A stretch of 32,000 nt of DNA from Edaphobacter aggregans (GTDB lineage Bacteria > Acidobacteriota > Terriglobia > Terriglobales > Acidobacteriaceae): NCBI RefSeq assembly GCF_003945235.1, contig NZ_RSDW01000001.1, positions 3,300,001 through 3,332,000 of the forward strand, written 5' to 3'. Shown here one piece after another: positions 18,075 through 24,208 of this stretch (its first letter is position 1; every line of letters begins with the position of its first letter). The notes below the pieces were generated by a model. That model did no database searches and was not told the origin of the DNA. It saw only the letters and a list, made by a program, of their open reading frames with translations. The translations under genes were made by a program, and so were the position numbers.

Positions 18075-20963
18075 TTGATTCGGACTCTATGGCGGCGAAT
18101 GCCGCACGCGGCTGTTGCCGGCATGTTGTGCATGGGTACGTGCGTCGCCTGTTTGCAACTTCTGACTGTGAGCACAGGGCTTGCCCAGTCGAACACCGGA
18201 TCGATCGTTGGACAGGTCGTCGATCCGCAGGGACGACCAGTTGCCGGGGCTTCCGTTGTGATCCGCAATACCGACCTTGCGACCAAACGCGCGGCAGTGA
18301 GTGATGCGAATGGTTATTTCAGGGTCGGCAACCTGGTTCCGGGAGCGTTTACTGTAGAGGGTAAAGCCCAGGGCATGGCTTCGAAACGTCCGGTGCGTCT
18401 GACGCTCGGACTAGGCAGCACCGCGCAAGTGAACCTGGCGCTGAGTGTGGCTACTGTGTCACAGAAGACAACCGTGTCTGGTAGAGCAGCAACGAGTGAG
18501 GGCAACACGGTCGCGCCGGCAGTCAACAAAGATGAGGCATCCGTCAGCAGTTTCTTTGCGGGCATGACGGTTACCTACCTGCCCAATCGCGACCGCGACT
18601 TCACCCAGTTTGGCCAACTGGGCGCAGGCATTATCGAGAACGCGAATGGAAACGGCCTGATCGTTGCCGGGCAGCGCTCGTCCGCGATCGTGACGCAGGT
18701 AGACGGTGTCGACTTCAACGACCCGCTGCACGGAGGCGCACGAGGCGCGGGCGATGGAACGTTCTTTTTGCCCCAGACAGTGGTGCGCGAGTTTCAGATC
18801 GTTCGTTCGGGCGTGACCGCAGCAGTCGGCGGGACGAACGCTGGCCTTATCAATGTTGCGACGAAAGAGGGCTCGAACAAGCTACATGGCGAGGCTTTTT
18901 ACACCGTGCGCCCGGCGTGGGCGACATCCGCCGATGCCTTTGGGCATACTCTCGATAACCGGCAGAATACCTTTGGCATCTCCCTGGGCGGTCCGGTATT
19001 GCGCGATCGCGTTTTCTACTACGCTGGAATCGAACAGGATCTATTGCAGGTTCCCTACTTCGTGCAGTTCGAACCGCAAGGGGTGCTCATCCCCCCAGCG
19101 CTCGCTGGCATGCAAGGACAGGTTCCTCAAAAGAGTTCTCCGACTGCGGCCTTTGTTCGTGGCGATGCGACCCTGAGCCATTCAAACACGCTGAATGTGT
19201 CGGTAGCCGTCAATCGCATACGCTCTTCGAACGTTGGCGATGGGTCGACGCGTAGTGTTGCCACGCTCGACAACGCCGATTCACTAAGCGGACAAAGCAT
19301 TTGGAGCAAAGCTGGTTTGACGACTCTTGTGAACGAACGGAGCGTGAATCAACTACTCGTCTCCTGGTCGGGAGATCATCGTAACTCGACGCCGAACTCC
19401 ACTGCACCGGAGTATGCGATCAATGGATTCGGAATACTGGGTGGAAGCTCGCTCGGCTCGCACATCTATACCTCGAACCAACTCCAGTTCGGTGACACGC
19501 TCTCCTTCACCAGGGGCAGCGCTGTGCTTGATGTGGGCGGGAGATTCGCGTACAGCCCCGCTTACGAGCAGCAGGAAGAGAATCTCAACGGACGATTCGA
19601 CTACAACTCATTTGCAGATTACCTGGCGAACACGCCACGCCGTTATCAGCAGACGTTCGTGATTGGTAACACGCGTTATAGCGGATCGGTTCGTGGACTC
19701 GGTTTATTTGCAAACGGCAAGCTGCCTCTAGGCAAGGACGTAACCCTGACTGCGGGTCTGCGCTGGGATGCTCAGTGGAATCCACAACCCGAGCATCCTA
19801 ACGCCGCGATCACCCAGACCCAGAAGATTCCTGCAGATCTGGCACAGTGGCAGCCCCGGGTCGGAGTTGCGTGGACACCGATGCGAAAAACCGTCGTGCG
19901 GGCGTCGTCGGGGATCTACGATGCGCCGACCCCTGCCACCATCTTTCACCGTATCGCCGCCGAGAACGGTTTGCAGACCATTACTGCCGATAGTTATTTT
20001 GATCCGCAGATCCTGCCGCTAGTGAGCAATGGGATACATGCGCTTCCTTTTCCTCCGGCGGTGTTGACGACTCCATCTGCATTGATAGTTGGTATCGATC
20101 CCAGCTTCCGCAATCCACGTTCTCTTCAGGTTGCAGCTGGGGTCGAACAAGAAATTAAACCGCAGCTTACTCTTTCCGGTGGCTATCTTCACAACAGCTC
20201 ATGGCGTTTACAACGCCGTTTGGATAGCAACCTTAATCCTCCAGTTGCGACTGCGGGAGGGCTGCCGATCTTCCCGGCGGCGCGGCCGAACTCCGCGATA
20301 GGACGGTTGCTCGTGAACGAGTCGTCAGCACACTCCAACTATGACGGCTTGCTGTTGTCCGCCTTCTCGCAGATCTCACGCAGGTCGCAGTTGATGGTCA
20401 ACTACACTCTTTCTCAGACTCATGACGATGACTCGAATACCGGGCAATACGGTATCGATGCTGCGCTCAACCCATTCGATCTACAAGGCGAGCGGGCGTT
20501 TTCGTCGCAGGACGTTCGTCATGTGTTGAATGTGAGCGCAATTTTTAATTTGCCTCTGGGCTTCAAGTGCAACCCGATGTTTCTTGCCCGCTCTGGCCGT
20601 CCCTATACTCCCATTATCGGGTTTGACACGCAGCATGATGCAAACGACTGGAATGATCGTGCACTGATCAACGGAGTGACCGCAGGACGCAACGTCGCGC
20701 GGCAGCCTGCATTCTCGAATCTCGATCTCCGCGTGGTGAAGGACTTTAGCCTTCGAGGAGTAGGACACCATCTGGACCTATTTATGGATGTGTTCAATTT
20801 GGCGGGCTCGTCTAACCGGAATTTCGGGGTTGATGCTGTCAGTCTCTATGGCACGAATAGCTCGCCAATCGCGAGTGCAGGGCAAGCTCTCTTTGCTCCC
20901 GACCTGACGAGAGTTGGCGGACCCCGGGCGATACAATTCACTGCACGGCTGGTCGCTTTTTAG
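18075..20963 (+). CDS. TonB-dependent outer-membrane receptor with carboxypeptidase-regulatory-like domain (TBDR3)
   Basis: The ORF-track start at 17919 overlaps TBDR2. I moved it to the in-frame TTG at 18075, which has GGAGG 4 nt upstream and lies 19 nt after the TBDR2 stop. ATG 18099 is an alternative. Signal peptide ends ...STGLAQ|S, followed by GSIVGQVVDPQGRPVAGASVVIRN. C-terminus is ...ARLVAF. Confidence 0.8.
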   Translation: MIRTLWRRMPHAAVAGMLCMGTCVACLQLLTVSTGLAQSNTGSIVGQVVDPQGRPVAGASVVIRNTDLATKRAAVSDANGYFRVGNLVPGAFTVEGKAQGMASKRPVRLTLGLGSTAQVNLALSVATVSQKTTVSGRAATSEGNTVAPAVNKDEASVSSFFAGMTVTYLPNRDRDFTQFGQLGAGIIENANGNGLIVAGQRSSAIVTQVDGVDFNDPLHGGARGAGDGTFFLPQTVVREFQIVRSGVTAAVGGTNAGLINVATKEGSNKLHGEAFYTVRPAWATSADAFGHTLDNRQNTFGISLGGPVLRDRVFYYAGIEQDLLQVPYFVQFEPQGVLIPPALAGMQGQVPQKSSPTAAFVRGDATLSHSNTLNVSVAVNRIRSSNVGDGSTRSVATLDNADSLSGQSIWSKAGLTTLVNERSVNQLLVSWSGDHRNSTPNSTAPEYAINGFGILGGSSLGSHIYTSNQLQFGDTLSFTRGSAVLDVGGRFAYSPAYEQQEENLNGRFDYNSFADYLANTPRRYQQTFVIGNTRYSGSVRGLGLFANGKLPLGKDVTLTAGLRWDAQWNPQPEHPNAAITQTQKIPADLAQWQPRVGVAWTPMRKTVVRASSGIYDAPTPATIFHRIAAENGLQTITADSYFDPQILPLVSNGIHALPFPPAVLTTPSALIVGIDPSFRNPRSLQVAAGVEQEIKPQLTLSGGYLHNSSWRLQRRLDSNLNPPVATAGGLPIFPAARPNSAIGRLLVNESSAHSNYDGLLLSAFSQISRRSQLMVNYTLSQTHDDDSNTGQYGIDAALNPFDLQGERAFSSQDVRHVLNVSAIFNLPLGFKCNPMFLARSGRPYTPIIGFDTQHDANDWNDRALINGVTAGRNVARQPAFSNLDLRVVKDFSLRGVGHHLDLFMDVFNLAGSSNRNFGVDAVSLYGTNSSPIASAGQALFAPDLTRVGGPRAIQFTARLVAF

Positions 20964-21076
20964 TGGCAAGTGCGACGAACGAGACTTTCTTTGGAATGAG
21001 GCTCGTTTAAGTTGTCGACATAAAGATCAATGTGAAAGTTTGGTTGAGAAAGCCGTTCGCACAAATCCTTAAGCGC

Positions 21077-21094
21077 AGACTTTAGCCCAAGTAC
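21077..21094 (+). repeat. Partial, inverted third copy of the ACTTTAG...AAGTAC repeat core found upstream of gcdH
   Basis: AGACTTTAGCCCAAGTAC shares an exact 9-mer (AGACTTTAG) and a 6-mer (AAGTAC) with the reverse complement of 22614-22633 (AGACTTTAGAACAAAAGTAC). Confidence 0.4.
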
Positions 21095-21214
21095 TGCAAC
21101 ACAGCTGTCATCCTGTCAAAACTGACAGCGAATATATCTGCCTTTACGTCATCAAAAAGTCGATAAGTGGGATGAAAGATGAGGTCCCTACAACGCCGCG
21201 CATTATGTCGAGGC

Positions 21215-22408
21215 CTAAAACGCGGAGATGCCGGTTATGCTCTGTCCGAGGATGAGCGTGTGAATGTCGTGCGTGCCTTCGTAAGTCTTCACGGACTCCA
21301 GGTTCATCATGTGGCGCATGATGGGGTAGTCGTCGGCGATGCCGTTGGCTCCGAGAATATCGCGAGCCATGCGCGCGCATTCCAACGCCATCCACACGTT
21401 ATTTTTCTTCGCCATGGAGATGTGCTGGAAGGCCGCGTTGCCCTGATCTTTGAGCCGGCCCACCTGTAGCGATAGCAATTGCGCCTTTGTGATCTCGGTT
21501 ACCATCCAGGCCAGCTTTTCCTGCACCAGCTGGTGGCTGGCGATGGGTTGATTGCGGAACTGCTTGCGCTGCTTGGCGTACTGCAATGCGACGTCGTAGC
21601 AGGCCATCGCGGCTCCGATAGCTCCCCAGCTGATGCCGTACCGAGCCTGGCTCAGGCACATCAACGGAGACTTCAGCCCATCGGACTTCGGTAGCAGGTT
21701 CGCAGCAGGAATTCGCACTTCCTGCATGGAGAGTCCGGATGTGACCGATGCTCGGAGAGACCACTTGCCGTGGACATCCTGCGCGGAGAATCCGGGGCGA
21801 TCGGTTTCAACGAGGAAGCCACGAACGCGCCAAGCGTCTGGAGAGACGCTCGGTTCTTCTACCTTGGCCCAGATTACCGCGACATCGGCAAGGCTTCCCG
21901 ATGTGATCCACATCTTTTCGCCGTTCAGGATGTAGTTGTCGCCATCCTGGCGGGCGCGCGTACGCATGCCTGCTGGGTTCGAGCCGAAGTCAGGTTCCGT
22001 CAGGCCGAAGCAGCCTAACTTTTCTCCTGTGGTCATCTTCGGCAACCAGAAGGACTTCTGCTCGTCGGAGCCGAAGGTGTAGATGGGGTACATCACCAGC
22101 GCCGACTGCACGCTGACAAAGCTCCGAATGCCGGAGTCTCCGCGTTCGAGTTCCTGGGTGAGCAGGCCGTATTCGACGTTGTTCATGCCGGCGCAGCCGT
22201 AGCCGTCCAGCGTGGCTCCATAGAAGCCCAGTTCGCCCATGGGACGGACGAGTTCCTTGGGGAAGCGGCCGTCGCGGTTGCACTGCTCAATGATCGGGAT
22301 CAGCTTGTCTTCGATAAAGGCGCGTGTGTTGGCGCGGACAAGAAGCTCATCCTCGGAAAGCAGGGCATCGAAACCAATGAAATCTACACCTTGAAACTTG
22401 AATGCCAT
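21215..22408 (-). CDS. gcdH: Glutaryl-CoA dehydrogenase (acyl-CoA dehydrogenase family)
   Basis: 397 aa with acyl-CoA dehydrogenase architecture. Blocks typical of the glutaryl-CoA dehydrogenase subfamily are present: GCFGLTEPDFGSNPAGMRTRA, ILNGEKMWITSG, and the C-terminal YEGTHDIHTLILGQSITGISAF. Confidence 0.8.
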   Translation of the reverse strand: MAFKFQGVDFIGFDALLSEDELLVRANTRAFIEDKLIPIIEQCNRDGRFPKELVRPMGELGFYGATLDGYGCAGMNNVEYGLLTQELERGDSGIRSFVSVQSALVMYPIYTFGSDEQKSFWLPKMTTGEKLGCFGLTEPDFGSNPAGMRTRARQDGDNYILNGEKMWITSGSLADVAVIWAKVEEPSVSPDAWRVRGFLVETDRPGFSAQDVHGKWSLRASVTSGLSMQEVRIPAANLLPKSDGLKSPLMCLSQARYGISWGAIGAAMACYDVALQYAKQRKQFRNQPIASHQLVQEKLAWMVTEITKAQLLSLQVGRLKDQGNAAFQHISMAKKNNVWMALECARMARDILGANGIADDYPIMRHMMNLESVKTYEGTHDIHTLILGQSITGISAF

Positions 22409-22453
22409 CGCTTGGTCATTCTAGTTGATGGCGGCTGCGGAGCCTTCAGATCA

Positions 22454-22523
22454 GGTACTCCTCCCCGTACCTTTGGTCCTAAAGTATTCCATCCAGGTAC
22501 TTTAGGTCTGGACTTGGTCTTGA
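22454..22523 (+). repeat. About 70-nt direct repeat, copy 1 (contains inverted repeat CCTAAAGTA-N11-TACTTTAGG)
   Basis: Aligns by eye with 22598-22668 at roughly four-fifths identity, at a 144-nt period. It has an internal perfect 9-bp inverted repeat. Confidence 0.7.
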
Positions 22524-22554
22524 GTTCCAACGGCGGATTCGCGTGAAGGCTTAA

Positions 22555-22580
22555 CACCGATTTGCACCGATGACACCGAT
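22555..22580 (+). repeat. Three tandem CACCGAT heptamers at 9-10 bp spacing
   Basis: CACCGAT occurs at 22555, 22565 and 22574, within the context ACACCGATTTG CACCGATG ACACCGATTTG. The array lies between the two 70-nt repeats. Confidence 0.65.
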
Positions 22581-22597
22581 TTGTTGTGGGGAGTTGA

Positions 22598-22668
22598 GGT
22601 ATCCCCCTCTCCCGTACTTTTGTTCTAAAGTCTTCTATTTAGATACTTTAAGTCTGGACCTGGTCTGA
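22598..22668 (+). repeat. About 70-nt direct repeat, copy 2 (degenerate internal inverted repeat)
   Basis: See copy 1. Shared blocks are CCCGTAC, TCTAAAGT, TACTTTA and GTCTGGAC.TGGTCT. The internal stem is reduced to TAAAGT/ACTTTA. Confidence 0.7.
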
Positions 22669-22683
22669 TTTTGGTTAAGTGCG

Positions 22684-22714
22684 AAGAGCCCCGGCTTTGG
22701 CCGGGGCTCTTTTT
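22684..22714 (+). terminator. Strong orphan intrinsic terminator, + strand orientation
   Basis: AAGAGCCCCGGC-TTTG-GCCGGGGCTCTT forms a 12-bp stem (GC-rich core GAGCCCCGGC/GCCGGGGCTC) with a 4-nt loop. A run of five T's (22710-22714) begins inside the 3' arm and extends past it. In the - orientation the 3' flank is TTCGCAC, a poor U-tail. No + strand CDS lies upstream within 1.7 kb. Confidence 0.7.
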
Positions 22715-22852
22715 GTCTCTGTTTCTATTATAGCGGGGTGAGAGTAATTAGTTGCCAGACGGATGTTGTTGTGGGGTAATGGGTTAGGTGGGGTTGGGGC
22801 TTGACAGGTTTTTAGTTGGTGTTTTGCGGCGGTGGCGGTAAAACAGAAGGTG

Positions 22853-22910
22853 CCTTCGACACGCTCAGTGCAGGCTCTTTGGCTACGGCGGCAGCCTCGC
22901 TCCGGATGGC
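22853..22910 (+). repeat. Dispersed GC-rich REP/MITE-like element, diverged copy
   Basis: CCTTCGACACGCTCAG...CCTCGCTCCGGATGGC shares its start (CCTTCGAC.CGCT) and end (CGCTC.GGATG.C) with the copy at 22982-23024. Confidence 0.5.
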
Positions 22911-22981
22911 GGGCTTTGGGCCGTGGTTGAAAAGGTTGAGGACTGTGGGAGGATGTAGACCTTCGGGGTCCTTCGGCTGCC

Positions 22982-23024
22982 CCTTCGACTCGCTACGCTC
23001 GCTCAGGGGCCGCTCAGGATGACA
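22982..23024 (+). repeat. Dispersed GC-rich REP/MITE-like element ('GTCATCCTGAGCG...AGCGAGTCGAAGG' family on the - strand)
   Basis: The reverse complement reads TGTCATCCTGAGCGGCCCCTGAGCGAGCGTAGCGAGTCGAAGG. I recognise this as a short repeat family that yields spurious 'VILSE.../...SLRMT' hypothetical ORFs in soil-bacterial genomes. Here it generates the ORF-track entries at 22812-23027 on both strands. Confidence 0.55.
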
Positions 23025-23068
23025 CATTCTGGGGAGAGGGTGAGGCAGAGAAGCACCTGAGAAAGACT

Positions 23069-23102
23069 GAAGCCTCTCAGCAGTGAGGCGGCGAGAGGCT
23101 TC
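23069..23102 (-). terminator. Probable terminator of the korAB operon
   Basis: 10-bp perfect stem GAAGCCTCTC / GAGAGGCTTC with a 14-nt loop, 60 nt downstream of the korB stop. On the - strand it is followed by AGTCTTTCTC, which is moderately U-rich. Confidence 0.5.
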
Positions 23103-23162
23103 GGTCAGAGTGGTACTTCAAAAATAAGCGACGTATTGTGTGCCGCCCGATGCCGTTGCGGG

Positions 23163-24206
23163 TTAGCTGTGTGCCTCCATGATTTCGGCGAGGACTTCGC
23201 GGCTGGGGCGTGTGCGTTCCTGGGGTAGTGTAGCCAGAGGCTCATCCACCATGTTGAGGAGCGAGGTGAAGTCCGGCTTTTGCGTATCGATGTAAAAGAC
23301 GCCGGTGAGGACCTCTCCTTTTGCGTGGGTCTCCATCAGCATCTTCGTGGCATGTATTTTGTCGGTGGGATCGTAGTCTTCGTGCAGTTTGCGCAGGCGA
23401 AGGGAGGATCCATCGTGCAGTTGGACGTTGACGGTGGTGTTGGGATCGTATTCGACTTCGATCTCCTCAAAGTGAGGGACGAAGCCAATCTCGCCGACTG
23501 ATTCTTCGTGTTCCTGCATGTACTTGTAGCTCTTGGTCGAGCCCTCGTGGTCGTTGAAGGTGACACAGGGAGAGATCACGTCCAGCATGACGGTTCCCTG
23601 ATGAGCGATAGCAGCCTTCAGTATGGCTGAGAGCTGCTTTTTGTCGCCGGAGAAGGAGCGTCCGACGAACGTTGCGCCCATCTGGATTGCGAGCGCACAG
23701 GTGTCGATCGCAGGCAGATCGTTGACGACACCGGTTTTCAACTTCGATCCGATGTCGGCGGTTGCGGAGAACTGGCCCTTTGTCAGGCCGTACACACCAT
23801 TGTCCTCAATGATGTAAATCATGGGGACATTGCGGCGGAGCAGGTGGACGAACTGACCCATGCCAATGGATGCAGTGTCGCCATCGCCGCTGATGCCGAT
23901 GGACTTCATCGTCTTGTTGGCAAGCAGCGCGCCGGTTGCAACGGAGGGCATACGTCCGTGAACGGAGTTGAAGCTGAAGGAGCGGGACATGAAGTACGCG
24001 GGCGACTTGGAGGAGCAACCGATGCCGCTCATCTTCATGACGCGCTCGGGTTGAATCCCCATCTCGAAGAAGGCTTCGGTGATGCGTTCTGAGATGACGT
24101 TATGTCCGCAACCGGCGCAGAGTGTGGTTTTGCCGCCGCGGTAATCGAGAACCTGGAGTCCGATGCGATTTGTTTTGGGCCTGGGAGTAACTGGTGTGGT
24201 CGACAT
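23163..24206 (-). CDS. korB: 2-oxoglutarate/2-oxoacid:ferredoxin oxidoreductase, beta (TPP-binding) subunit
   Basis: 347 aa. An N-terminal Cys cluster region (TTLCAGCGHNVISE), a TPP-binding GDGD motif (GISGDGDTASIGMGQFVH) and IIEDNGVYGLTKGQ are present. Its start lies 2 nt after the korA stop. Confidence 0.8.
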   Translation of the reverse strand: MSTTPVTPRPKTNRIGLQVLDYRGGKTTLCAGCGHNVISERITEAFFEMGIQPERVMKMSGIGCSSKSPAYFMSRSFSFNSVHGRMPSVATGALLANKTMKSIGISGDGDTASIGMGQFVHLLRRNVPMIYIIEDNGVYGLTKGQFSATADIGSKLKTGVVNDLPAIDTCALAIQMGATFVGRSFSGDKKQLSAILKAAIAHQGTVMLDVISPCVTFNDHEGSTKSYKYMQEHEESVGEIGFVPHFEEIEVEYDPNTTVNVQLHDGSSLRLRKLHEDYDPTDKIHATKMLMETHAKGEVLTGVFYIDTQKPDFTSLLNMVDEPLATLPQERTRPSREVLAEIMEAHS

Positions 24207-24208
24207 GC

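Noticed and set aside
20978-21007. A hairpin (GAACGAG...CTCGTTT) lies after TBDR3, and a CTGTCA/TGACAG hairpin (21104-21129) lies after gcdH. Both were considered as terminators.
   Set aside because: The stems are short (6-7 bp), the first has an 18-nt loop, and neither is followed by a T-run on either strand. That is too weak to call.
22454-22668. Could the two 70-nt repeats be a CRISPR array?
   Set aside because: There are only two copies, they are about 80% identical rather than near-perfect, the unit is about twice typical CRISPR repeat length, and there are no cas genes in the window.
22428-22668. Small + strand ORFs lie inside the repeat region. One is 25 codons (22428-22505, MAAAEPSDQVLLPVPLVLKYSIQVL). 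The other is 32 codons (22570-22668, MTPICCGELRYPPLPYFCSKVFYLDTLSLDLV) and ends 16 nt before the orphan terminator.
   Set aside because: Neither has a Shine-Dalgarno sequence. The two repeat copies are not kept in a common frame, since indels of 3 nt and 1 nt shift the frame upstream of TAAAGT. The peptide similarity is therefore just nucleotide similarity. I have not fully excluded them, and ribosome profiling would settle it.
22750-22757. A sigma-54-like TGGCAA on the - strand upstream of the TATAAT, and a perfect TTGACA on the + strand at 22801-22806.
   Set aside because: The -12 position reads TACT rather than TTGC/GC, so it is not a credible sigma-54 promoter. The TTGACA has no acceptable -10 hexamer at 16-18 nt spacing.
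22812-23027. A 71-aa (-) ORF and a 68-aa (+) ORF cover the same interval.
   Set aside because: They are mirror-image translations of two copies of a GC-rich dispersed repeat. They have no ribosome-binding site and are low-complexity Pro/Ser/Gly/Ala sequence.
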